From NCBI GenBank assembly GCA_964635565.1, contig CAZWON010000005.1, forward strand, positions 17,736 through 81,735: a stretch of 64,000 nucleotides of DNA, given 5' to 3'. This stretch comes from an uncultured Planctomycetia bacterium. GTDB taxonomy: Bacteria; Omnitrophota; Gorgyraeia; Duberdicusellales; 4484-171. Below the pieces are notes generated by a model that was given only the letters and a program-made list of their open reading frames with translations, did not search any database and was not told where the DNA came from. This document shows positions 48,094-57,187 of this stretch, one piece after another. Position numbers and translations under genes: made by a program. Positions within the stretch are counted from its first letter, which is position 1. Each line of letters starts with the position of its first letter.

Positions 48094-48589
48094 TTCTCAA
48101 CCTCACTTTCTGTGTTAAAGCAAATTGTAAAGATCTACCCCGTGCAGTCTTTACAGCGGTGAGGCTAATAGTAACTTCATTAGAAGATTTATCGAAAGAT
48201 AAAGAGCTGATATCTTTTGCTAAAATTTTGGTGGTACCCGCAGGATGTTCACGGATAATCTGGCTGTTACTTAAATAATAACTAATATTCTCAGAAACAT
48301 TGGGAATAGTAAAAGAAATAGTTGAACCCCCATCAGGATCAGATATGGTCTCTGCTTGCCTTAGCTCTCTACTCATTCCATCTATTGCTAATCTAACCTC
48401 CTGCTGGATACCCATCAGACTCATTTCCGTACGCCACGTCATATCCCCTACACTTAAAACTCCATAAATACTTACCGCAATAAACCCTAAGAGAGCTACA
48501 CTTAAAATAACCTCAATAAAAGTAAACCCTCCCCTAAATAAATTGCCTCTCTCTGGATTAGTAAAATGTCTAAAGCTTTGTTTACCCAT
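48086..48589 (-). CDS. Prepilin-type minor pilin (PilW-like)
   Basis: GFTFIEVIL class III signal; MSRELRQA. Confidence 0.82.
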   Translation of the reverse strand: MGKQSFRHFTNPERGNLFRGGFTFIEVILSVALLGFIAVSIYGVLSVGDMTWRTEMSLMGIQQEVRLAIDGMSRELRQAETISDPDGGSTISFTIPNVSENISYYLSNSQIIREHPAGTTKILAKDISSLSFDKSSNEVTISLTAVKTARGRSLQFALTQKVRLRNE

Positions 48590-48634
48590 AATCCTTATTT
48601 ATCGCTTTTTATTAAGACTTTCTCATACAGCTCT

Positions 48635-49051
48635 TTAAGGTTGTGCTATTAAAGTCTCCAAAGAGACCCCTGGTGTATGATGTCTGCCACTGCGGTCATC
48701 CCAGCTTACATTTACGGTAATATCCAGAAGGTCTGTGCCACTGACTGAAGTATCGATACTCTCATTCCTTAAAGGTGTTAAACCATTCGATGTAATATCT
48801 GTACTATCCCAATCCCAATATCCACTTTCGATATTAGCCTTAATACTACTAAAGGTGGTATTTTTTATATCTTCCATTACATACTGAGCGTGCATTGTAG
48901 CCCGGGTAAGATTTCTACTTGCTTCACCTAATAGACTACAACTTAAGAATTCAAGCAAAAGAATAGAAAGAGCAACCGCTAATATAACTGCGGCAAGAAG
49001 AAGCTCCAGTAATGTAAAACTTTTTCTTCTGTAAGTATTTAACTTTCTCAT
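48635..49051 (-). CDS. Prepilin-type minor pilin (PilV-like; start moved to ATG 49051)
   Basis: KSFTLLELL, AQYVMEDIK, ITVNVSW. Confidence 0.8.
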   Translation of the reverse strand: MRKLNTYRRKSFTLLELLLAAVILAVALSILLLEFLSCSLLGEASRNLTRATMHAQYVMEDIKNTTFSSIKANIESGYWDWDSTDITSNGLTPLRNESIDTSVSGTDLLDITVNVSWDDRSGRHHTPGVSLETLIAQP

Positions 49052-49099
49052 ATAATAAATATATCCACGCACAAAATAAATTAAAGAAAAATCAAAAGT

Positions 49100-49492
49100 T
49101 TAACACCCTGAATCGCTTAATACACCTCCTGTAATAATAGTAAAGGTCTTAGAACCTGTTACTCCACAAGAAGAAGGAGAAGCAGTAATTGTATAGTTAC
49201 TCGTATTTAAATCACAACTATACGAATACCCCTGTATAGTTCTGTTACAGAAAGACTGATGCAAATAAGGAGGAGATGCGTTTGTAAGAGCAGACTCATC
49301 TGTAGGATAATTCCCATTATTTGATGTAGCGTAGGTTTCAAGAGCAGCAGCAATAGTCTGGATGTTAGCTTTAGCAGCACTATCATTGGCAGTTATCTGA
49401 GTTTTGGACATCCTCGGTAGAGCCATAATTGCTAAAATACCAATTATAACAATCACCATTATAAGCTCTATCAAATTGAAGCTTTTTTTCAT
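49100..49492 (-). CDS. Major type IV pilin/pseudopilin
   Basis: MKKSFNLIELIMVIVIIGILAIMALP, GNYP, four C-terminal Cys. Confidence 0.87.
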   Translation of the reverse strand: MKKSFNLIELIMVIVIIGILAIMALPRMSKTQITANDSAAKANIQTIAAALETYATSNNGNYPTDESALTNASPPYLHQSFCNRTIQGYSYSCDLNTSNYTITASPSSCGVTGSKTFTIITGGVLSDSGC

Positions 49493-49597
49493 AATTTATC
49501 TCCCAATTTATAGATAACACACCTATACTATAATGTCAATATTATCTAAGAGATTATAAATTTTTAAATTTATTATAAGAATCAAAGGTAAGATTTC

Positions 49598-50809
49598 TTA
49601 GGTCGCATGCATAATAACCTGAGAAATATTAAAAATAGGTAAATATAAGGCAACGACAATAAAACCCACAACAATTCCTAAGAAAACTATTAAGAGAGGC
49701 TCTAAGATACTGGTAAAAGCAGCAATGGCTGTCTCTGCCTGCTCTTCATAAAACTGAGCAATTTTACTTAACATATGCTCTAATTTACCTGTTTTTTCCC
49801 CTACCGCAATCATCTTTACAACCATAGGAGGAAATACCCCGCTTTCTTCCAGAGGATAAGATAAAGGAATGCCCTCCTGAATAGACCCTTTAGCCTTTAC
49901 AACTGCTTCTTCAATTATCTTATTACCGCTTGTCTTACCAACTATCTCAAGAGACCGTACTATTGCTACACCGCTTCTTATCAATGTAGCGAATGTTCGG
50001 GCAAACTGGGCAATACTAACTTTTTTTACTACCTCTCCTATAATAGGCATTTTAATAAGAAACATATCGTATTGTTTTCTCCCTTTAGGGGTAGAAATAT
50101 ATTTTTTAAACACAAAGATTGCACCAGTTAAAATGGCTATTACAAGAACAATGTTATTTTTAACCCCCTGGGAAAAACCAACTAAAAGCTGGGTAATAAA
50201 GGGAAGCTGTGCCCCCAAGGATTTATATAATTCAGCAAAGGTGGGGACTATTTTAAAAACCAGAAAACTTGTACCTAAAAGTGCCATAGTAAAAATAATT
50301 GCAGGATAAATCATACTCGATATAACCTTCTTTCGTAAGGCACTTACTTTCTCAAGATACACTGAAAGTCTATCTAAAATCTGGGGAAGACTTCCTGAAG
50401 TCTCTGCTGCTTCTACCATACTTACATAAATTTCAGGGAAAATAGAGGGATATTTAGTTATGGCTCTAGCAAAAGAAGAGCCTTCTTTTAAATCTTTTAA
50501 GATAAGTGTTATTACTCCCTTAAAGTATAAATTCTGTGTCTGTTCCGCTAAAATTTCTAATGCTCCTACAATGGGGATACCGCTTTCAATCAGGGTGGTA
50601 AGCTGACGAGAAAATATTACCAACTCATCTATTTTAACTTTCCCTTTCTTAACGGATTTCTTTTTTCTCGTTTTGCTCTCCTTAAGAGAAAGTACCATCC
50701 CCCCTTGAGCATGAAGATACTCTAAAGCCTTCTCTTTACTATCAGCCTCAATCTGACCACTTACTATCTTATCTTCTTTATTCTTTAAGGTATAAGAGAA
50801 AATAGCCAT
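49598..50809 (-). CDS. pilC: PilC/GspF inner-membrane platform protein
   Basis: FSRQLTTLIESGIP, YPAII, FARTFATL..SGV, M..VGE.TG.L, LEPLLI, LYLPIF. Confidence 0.93.
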   Translation of the reverse strand: MAIFSYTLKNKEDKIVSGQIEADSKEKALEYLHAQGGMVLSLKESKTRKKKSVKKGKVKIDELVIFSRQLTTLIESGIPIVGALEILAEQTQNLYFKGVITLILKDLKEGSSFARAITKYPSIFPEIYVSMVEAAETSGSLPQILDRLSVYLEKVSALRKKVISSMIYPAIIFTMALLGTSFLVFKIVPTFAELYKSLGAQLPFITQLLVGFSQGVKNNIVLVIAILTGAIFVFKKYISTPKGRKQYDMFLIKMPIIGEVVKKVSIAQFARTFATLIRSGVAIVRSLEIVGKTSGNKIIEEAVVKAKGSIQEGIPLSYPLEESGVFPPMVVKMIAVGEKTGKLEHMLSKIAQFYEEQAETAIAAFTSILEPLLIVFLGIVVGFIVVALYLPIFNISQVIMHAT

Positions 50810-50820
50810 TTTTATTTATA

Positions 50821-51011
50821 ACACAGATTGACACAGACTAAAAACAGATTATCACAGATAAAATAGCTCATAGTTCATAGCTGATAGCTAAAAAACAAGA
50901 ATAATTTCTTATTATTGTTTTATTCTCCCGTCTTTACTATAAACCAAAAGCTATGAGCTTCTTTATATTGTATTTCTATAAGCTAACAGCCATGAGCTAA
51001 ATCATCTGTGT
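50821..51011. repeat. Nested repeat element: outer ACACAGAT 10-mer arms enclosing inner inverted 7-mer arrays
   Basis: acacagattg acacagacta aaaacagatt atcacagata; tagctca tagttca tagctga tagctaa; ... ctatgag ... ctataag ctaacag ccatgag cta; atctgtgt. Confidence 0.8.
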
Positions 51012-51015
51012 AGAA

Positions 51016-52707
51016 TCAGCCGGCAACCCTTAACACTTCCTCTATACTAGTTACACCATCAAGAACCTTTTTAAAGCCGTCATCCTTAAGAGAAGAAAAA
51101 ATATTTTTTTTGACTGCATATTTTACAATCTCATCTTCACTTGCCCTTTTAGTAACCATTTCTCTAATTGTATCATCAAACAATAAAATTTCCAATAAAG
51201 CAGTTCTGCCATGATAACCTGTATTGTTGCAGTAACTGCAGCCTTTAGGGCGGTATAATTCATTTACTTTTTTAGTAATCCCTAATCTCTTAAGAAGATT
51301 GTTGTCAATTTTATCTTTAACTTTACACTTAGGGCACAATTTTCTTACCAAACGTTGGGCAGTAGCAGCAATTAAAGAAGAAGCAACTAAGAATGGTTCA
51401 ATTCCCATATCAATAAGACGGGTAATTGCTCCTACAGAATTATTAGTATGAAGAGTAGAAAATATGAGCTCACCTGTTAAAGAGGCTTTAATAGCAATAT
51501 CTGCGGTTTCGGCGTCACGAATTTCTCCTACCATAATAATATCAGGAGACTGACGCAATACACTTCTTAAAGCTGAAGCAAAACTGAGCCCAATATCCGG
51601 ACGAGCTTGGATTTGTGTAATCCCTTCTATCTGATATTCTACGGGGTCTTCAATAGTAATAATGCTTCTGTCAGAAGTATTAAGTTGATTTATGATGGAA
51701 TAAAGTGTTGTAGACTTACCGCTTCCTGTTGGTCCGGTAACAAGAATTATTCCAAATGGCGCGCTTAATGCCTTTTCGAATAACTTAAGGGGTTTTTCAG
51801 AAAATCCCAATTTTTTAATACCTACAGAGAGACTTTCTCTGTCTAAAATTCGTAAAACTATTTTTTCTCCAAACTGGGTGGGCAAAGAGGAAACTCTAAA
51901 ATCAATATGGCGACCCTCAAACTTCACTTTAAATCTTCCATCTTGAGGGACTCTAAATTCAGTAATATTTAAGGAAGACATAATCTTAAGCCTTGCCAGT
52001 ATAGCACTTTCATTTTTCTTAGGAAGACTTATCCCATGCTGTAAAACACCATCTATTCTATAACGGACATCTAAACCTTTCTCTGTAGGTTCAATATGAA
52101 TATCAGATGCTCCTTTTCTTAATGCTTCGTATACAATTAAATCAACCACTCTTACTATTGGAGGAAGTTTGCTCTCCTTTATAAGACTTTCTAATCCCTT
52201 ACTTTCTTCTCTCCCTCTCTCCTCAACAGAAACTTCCTCCTCTTTATCCTTATCTAATAAGGAAACAATATCAGTTTCAATATAAAGCCTATTTAAATAC
52301 TTCATTATTTTATCTTCCCGGGCTAATACTAAATCAATTCTTTTAAAGGAAGTTGCTAATTTCAAATCATCCAAGGCAATTATATCCAGAGGGTTAGCGG
52401 TAGCAAGGGTAAGAACATTACCTATTTTAGAAATCGGGAGGATTTTATAACGAAAGGCTATCTCTTGAGGAAGAAGATTTTTATTATCTTTATTCAAACG
52501 GTATTTATCCAAATCCAAATAGGGCATTTGGTACTCTCGGGATAATATAAGAAGAATATCTTCGTCATTGGCAATATTATATTTTACTAAATTATTCTTA
52601 AACTCATTAAAACTCCTTGATTCTCTGGCAATATCACGAATAGTCTCCTCTTTTATTTTCTTATAATTAACAAGGTGCCTAATAAATCTTTCCTTTAATG
52701 ATTCCAT
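51016..52707 (-). CDS. pilB: PilB/GspE assembly ATPase, paralog 2
   Basis: ASDIHIEP, PQDGRF, GPTGSGKSTT, TIEDPVEY, LRQSPDIIMVGEIRD, CPKC..CSYC. Confidence 0.92.
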   Translation of the reverse strand: MESLKERFIRHLVNYKKIKEETIRDIARESRSFNEFKNNLVKYNIANDEDILLILSREYQMPYLDLDKYRLNKDNKNLLPQEIAFRYKILPISKIGNVLTLATANPLDIIALDDLKLATSFKRIDLVLAREDKIMKYLNRLYIETDIVSLLDKDKEEEVSVEERGREESKGLESLIKESKLPPIVRVVDLIVYEALRKGASDIHIEPTEKGLDVRYRIDGVLQHGISLPKKNESAILARLKIMSSLNITEFRVPQDGRFKVKFEGRHIDFRVSSLPTQFGEKIVLRILDRESLSVGIKKLGFSEKPLKLFEKALSAPFGIILVTGPTGSGKSTTLYSIINQLNTSDRSIITIEDPVEYQIEGITQIQARPDIGLSFASALRSVLRQSPDIIMVGEIRDAETADIAIKASLTGELIFSTLHTNNSVGAITRLIDMGIEPFLVASSLIAATAQRLVRKLCPKCKVKDKIDNNLLKRLGITKKVNELYRPKGCSYCNNTGYHGRTALLEILLFDDTIREMVTKRASEDEIVKYAVKKNIFSSLKDDGFKKVLDGVTSIEEVLRVAG

Positions 52708-52727
52708 ATTTAATATTCTCTTAATCC

Positions 52728-54431
52728 CTAATCTTCGTCCTGAGCTGTTACTTTAAGAACTTCTTCTAAGCTTGTAATGCCCTTTTCTACTTTTAAAATA
52801 CCATCTTCCCGTAAAGTACGCATACCTTTGCTTCTGGCATACTGTTTAATAGTATGTTCGCCTGCTGATTCATAAACTAACTTTCTTATTTCCGGGTCTA
52901 AATGTAAATATTCTCCCAAAGCAACTCTCCCTTTATATCCCTGATTAAAACAAGAACGGCATCCTTTTGGTTTATAAATTACAGCTTCTTTTTTTATCTT
53001 ATATAATGTTCTTACCTCGCTATCCAATTTAATCTCTTCCTTACAGTGGGGACATAGCCTCCTTACTAATCGCTGTGCCACTACACCAATAAGAGTGGAA
53101 GATAATAAAAAAGGTTCTACTCCCATATTAATGAGACGGGTAACCGAACCCGAAGCGGTTGTAGTATGAAGAGTAGATAAAACCAAATGCCCTGTTAAAG
53201 CAGCCTTTATAGAAATATCTACAGTATCAAAATCACGAATTTCTCCTACCATAATAATATCAGGATCCTGCCTTAAAATAGAACGCAAAGCTGAAGCAAA
53301 AGTCAAATTAACTTCATAATTTACATTAACTTGATTTATGCCCTCAAGTTGATACTCTATAGGATCCTCTACTGTAATAATATTCTTCTTAGGGGTGTAT
53401 ATGTGTCTTAAAATAGAATAGAGAGTTGTAGTCTTCCCGCTTCCTGTGGGCCCACATACAAGAATCATCCCATAAGAAGAATCCGCATCTTGCTTTAATT
53501 TCTCTGTAAAATCCTCTTCAAAGCCCAATGCATCTAAGTCTAATAGTCCTGCGGACTTATCAAGAATTCTCAAAGCTACTTTTTCTCCCAAGGTAGAAGG
53601 GAGTATAGAAACTCTAAAATCTATATCATGTCCAATTATCTTCAATCTAAATCTCCCATCTTGAGGAAGACGATGCTCGGTGATATCTAACCCCGCAACT
53701 ACTTTTATTCGGGAAATAACAAAATTGTGCATCTTACCAGGAAACGAATCTGCTTCTCTTAAAACACCATCGATACGATATCTTACCCTAGAAGATTCAC
53801 CTAAAGGCTCGATTAAAATATCAGAAGCACGTTCCTCAACAGCTTTCCTTATAATGTAATTGGTAAGTTTAATAATAGGTGCTTCTTCAATGGAACGCAA
53901 AATTTCTTCATCTTTAACTTCGTGTTTTTCCTCTTTAATAATTTCTATAGATGCGGACTGGGAGTTTTTAATAATTTCTTCAATGGCGGTTGTAACTGAC
54001 TCTTTATAATAAATATCTATTGCTTTCTCTAATTCTGAACGAGAAGCAATAACAGGATTAATCTCACATCCTGTTAATCTTTCTAAATCATCAAAAATCA
54101 CAACATTAAGAGGGTCCGCTACTGCTACTGTAATAATATTACCTATTTTACCTACAGGAATTATCATATACTTCCTGGCTATCTCTTTAGGGACAAGCTT
54201 TATTATTTCAGGAGAAATTTTTAGATTTAGTACCTTTATGGGAGGTATAGAAAGATATGTAGAAAGGAAAATCATCAAATCCTTTTCTTTCACATATCCT
54301 AATTCTATGAGAATTTCACTTAATAAACCTCCTTTCTGGGAATGCGTTTTCCTAAGATCTTGCAGTTGCTCCTCATTTATCAATCCTTTTTCTACCAGAA
54401 GGTGGGCAAAATCTTTCCTCTTCTCTTCCAT
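52728..54431 (-). CDS. pilB: PilB/GspE assembly ATPase, paralog 1
   Basis: MshEN-like N-terminus, GPTGSGKTTT, LRQDPDIIMVGEIRD, TGHLVLSTLHT, CPHC..CRSC. Confidence 0.92.
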   Translation of the reverse strand: MEEKRKDFAHLLVEKGLINEEQLQDLRKTHSQKGGLLSEILIELGYVKEKDLMIFLSTYLSIPPIKVLNLKISPEIIKLVPKEIARKYMIIPVGKIGNIITVAVADPLNVVIFDDLERLTGCEINPVIASRSELEKAIDIYYKESVTTAIEEIIKNSQSASIEIIKEEKHEVKDEEILRSIEEAPIIKLTNYIIRKAVEERASDILIEPLGESSRVRYRIDGVLREADSFPGKMHNFVISRIKVVAGLDITEHRLPQDGRFRLKIIGHDIDFRVSILPSTLGEKVALRILDKSAGLLDLDALGFEEDFTEKLKQDADSSYGMILVCGPTGSGKTTTLYSILRHIYTPKKNIITVEDPIEYQLEGINQVNVNYEVNLTFASALRSILRQDPDIIMVGEIRDFDTVDISIKAALTGHLVLSTLHTTTASGSVTRLINMGVEPFLLSSTLIGVVAQRLVRRLCPHCKEEIKLDSEVRTLYKIKKEAVIYKPKGCRSCFNQGYKGRVALGEYLHLDPEIRKLVYESAGEHTIKQYARSKGMRTLREDGILKVEKGITSLEEVLKVTAQDED

Positions 54432-54472
54432 AATCTACTTTTACAGACTAAAAATCATTTAAAAAACTTACA

Positions 54473-54919
54473 TCAATCTTTATAAAAACGTGCGATAGCT
54501 TTTCTAACATCAGAGGAAGTGCTGATAAAAATCTGAATATTTAAAGAAGTAATATCTTCTAAATCCTCTACCGCTTCCATATTTAAGGGGTTAGCCATTG
54601 CCACCGTTAAGGTATTACCTATTTTATCTATAGGGATAAGGCAATAATGATGAGCAACATTTTTAGGAATAAGTTTAATTACTTCTTGAGGAATATCATA
54701 ATTCTCCAGGGGCAAGAAAGGAAATCCATACTGAAAAGAAATACATTGAGCAATTTCCTCTTCTGTCGCGAACTTTTTATTGACAATAATCTCGCCAATT
54801 AATCCACCCTCTTTCGCTTGAGTATCTAAAACTTCCTTTAACTGCTCACTCGTAATAATGTTTTTCTCGACAAGAATTTCTCCTAATAGTTTTTCTATTT
54901 TCTTTTTTCTAAATCTCAT
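54473..54919 (-). CDS. Stand-alone MshEN/T2SSE_N domain protein
   Basis: KLLGEILVEKNIITSEQL...GLIGEII, LIPIDK.GN.LTVAMANPLN; no ATPase domain. Confidence 0.85.
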   Translation of the reverse strand: MRFRKKKIEKLLGEILVEKNIITSEQLKEVLDTQAKEGGLIGEIIVNKKFATEEEIAQCISFQYGFPFLPLENYDIPQEVIKLIPKNVAHHYCLIPIDKIGNTLTVAMANPLNMEAVEDLEDITSLNIQIFISTSSDVRKAIARFYKD

Positions 54920-56265
54920 TATTTCTTAAGCTGAGTGTGGATGCATTCTAAGAGCTGCTGGGAATTTGTACCATCAATAGGATTTTCTGCTACTGCTAAT
55001 TTAATTTGAGGAGCTAAGGCAATGTTTTCTTCTAAAAAATTGTAAATTATTTCTTTAAGTCGTGTTCCCATATGTTGAGACTGTCGTCGATTGCGTTCAA
55101 TAAGAATAACCCCAAATCTATCTTCTCTAAGCCTGCCTAAAATATCTATGGGTCTTATATTATTCTTAAATATACCCACCAGCTTCTTTAATAGCTTCTC
55201 TAATTCAAGCAAAGCCATTTTTTGCTTGTATTCATTATAATTAACAATTTCTACAACTAACAATCCGCAGGGGCGTTGGTAAGTGGTAGCACGCTTAATT
55301 TCCTCTTCAAGGCGATTAAGAAAAAATTTTTCGTTGTAAATCCCTGTTAAGGGGTCAAAAATTTCTAAATCTTCAACTTTTTTATAAAGATTTTTCCTTT
55401 CCCACAAAATGCTCATATTATATGAAAAAAGATTAATTACTTCGCTATCGTCATCAGAAAAAGCAAAATCGTCAAGATAATTACCTACAATGATAAACCC
55501 CACAATATTATCTCTTAAATAAATGGGCTGAATAATAAAGTTTTTAGTACCTAATATTTCATCGACAAATAAAAATTTATCGTCTCTATTGTTCTTATCA
55601 ATAATGCGCGTAGTAATTACTGATTTTAATTTATTTATATTTTCATTAGTTAATAAATTTAAAACTTTATCTTCGTTTATACCGGAAAAGAAGTTATAAT
55701 ATTTACCTTCTATTTCTCTAACAAAAAATATAACAACAATATTAACCTGGATTATTCCTCTTAGTCTCTCCGTAAGAAACTGTAATATATCCTCTGAAGG
55801 AGCTCCTTTAGAAAATAAAGAATTAGCCTCTAAAATAGAAGAAAATACTTTAACTTTCTGAGCAATTGCCCTGCTTAATTCTTCTGTCTTAGAACTTACT
55901 ATCTTAAGCTCTTCCACACTCTCTTTGACCTTCGAAGAAAGCATATTAAAAACAACGTCAAGGCGTTCTACTTCATTCTTTATTCCTATATTTCCCAATG
56001 TATCGTGGTCTTTTATATGACGCAAAGTTTCCTGTGTTTTATTATAAATTTTTATCACTGAAGAAAATACCTCAAACACAAACCACCATCCTACTAAGAT
56101 AACCGAAATAAGAACATAAATAGCTAACACAGATATTCTGTAGGAATTTATTATGTAATAGAAAATAAGAGCTATGGGAGCAAAAGTAGCAAAAGTAAAG
56201 GCTACGCAAAGTCTTCTCTTTAAACTTATCTTGCTTAGAGAAGAAATTTTCTTATCGTCTTTCAT
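54919..56265 (-). CDS. Membrane-anchored GAF + degenerate GGDEF protein
   Basis: Two N-terminal TMs, GAF-like region, DPLTGIYN, RPID I-site, active site REDRF in place of GGDEF. Confidence 0.82.
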   Translation of the reverse strand: MKDDKKISSLSKISLKRRLCVAFTFATFAPIALIFYYIINSYRISVLAIYVLISVILVGWWFVFEVFSSVIKIYNKTQETLRHIKDHDTLGNIGIKNEVERLDVVFNMLSSKVKESVEELKIVSSKTEELSRAIAQKVKVFSSILEANSLFSKGAPSEDILQFLTERLRGIIQVNIVVIFFVREIEGKYYNFFSGINEDKVLNLLTNENINKLKSVITTRIIDKNNRDDKFLFVDEILGTKNFIIQPIYLRDNIVGFIIVGNYLDDFAFSDDDSEVINLFSYNMSILWERKNLYKKVEDLEIFDPLTGIYNEKFFLNRLEEEIKRATTYQRPCGLLVVEIVNYNEYKQKMALLELEKLLKKLVGIFKNNIRPIDILGRLREDRFGVILIERNRRQSQHMGTRLKEIIYNFLEENIALAPQIKLAVAENPIDGTNSQQLLECIHTQLKK

Positions 56266-56644
56266 TGTTTTTAAATTCCTTTAAAGCGCTTAAGGTATAT
56301 ATTCCTTTTAAAATATCTTTAATTTTCACCGGCTTAACCAGATAATAATCGGCTTCCAAATTATAGGTTTTTTTAATATCGTTAAATGCATCCTTCGCAG
56401 AGATAATTATTATAGGAAGCGACATATTTTTTTCTTGTTTAATCCATCTTAATACTTCCCATCCATCTATACCCGGCATTACTAAATCAAGAATTATCAT
56501 ATCCGGCTTTTCTTCTACTATCCTTAACTTTGTCTCTTCACCATCAAAAGCTACCACCACGTCAAAACCTTCTCTTTTTAAGGCAACCCCCAAAAGCCTA
56601 ACAAAATCTCTCTCGTCGTCAGCAATAAGAATTTTCTTGATCAT
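56252..56644 (-). CDS. Single-domain response regulator
   Basis: ILIADDE, IILDLVMPGIDG, ISAK, YLVKP. Confidence 0.92.
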   Translation of the reverse strand: MIKKILIADDERDFVRLLGVALKREGFDVVVAFDGEETKLRIVEEKPDMIILDLVMPGIDGWEVLRWIKQEKNMSLPIIIISAKDAFNDIKKTYNLEADYYLVKPVKIKDILKGIYTLSALKEFKNNERR

Positions 56645-56662
56645 ATTATTGACTGCATTTTT

Positions 56663-57187
56663 TTAAAATAAATCTTTCTTTCTTACCGTCTCAATCATAT
56701 CTTTTATAAACTCTTTTTCTGCCAAAGCTAACTTAAAATGGTGCTCTATCAACAAAGATAAATTTCTCGGAGAATCTTTTAATTCCTTTCTTTTTAAAAT
56801 AAGCCATTGTTTAACACTATCAAGAAACCGAGAACGTAACCTTAAAAGAGGAAGTACTTCTTTTGTATCAACAAAAGGAAGGAAATAAAGGGCTATATCT
56901 AATTCAATGAATGGCCGGCGTTGAGAAACCAATGCTTCCTTACATAGCCTTAAGAATTCCCTGTCTCCTTTAGAAGTAATCTGATAAACATACCTTTTAA
57001 TATCCCTTTGATTTATTGATTTTTTTCGGATAAAACCCTCTCTCTCCATTTTCTTTAGAGGGTAATATATGGAAGAAGTATCTAATTGGGAAAATATTCC
57101 CAGGTCTTTTTTTATAAACTTCTTTATATCATATCCTGAGGCAGGATTTTTTTTAAGAAAACCTAATATAATAAGCTTTTGGATCAT
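56663..57187 (-). CDS. PadR-family transcriptional regulator
   Basis: ILGFL...P.SGYDIKK, SIYYPLKKME.EG, VYQITSKG; helical C-terminal domain. Confidence 0.9.
   Translation of the reverse strand: MIQKLIILGFLKKNPASGYDIKKFIKKDLGIFSQLDTSSIYYPLKKMEREGFIRKKSINQRDIKRYVYQITSKGDREFLRLCKEALVSQRRPFIELDIALYFLPFVDTKEVLPLLRLRSRFLDSVKQWLILKRKELKDSPRNLSLLIEHHFKLALAEKEFIKDMIETVRKKDLF

Noticed and set aside
37105-51011. ACACAGAT and 7-mer arrays as CRISPR
   Set aside because: Units are 7-10 nt and degenerate, with no unique spacers and no cas genes.
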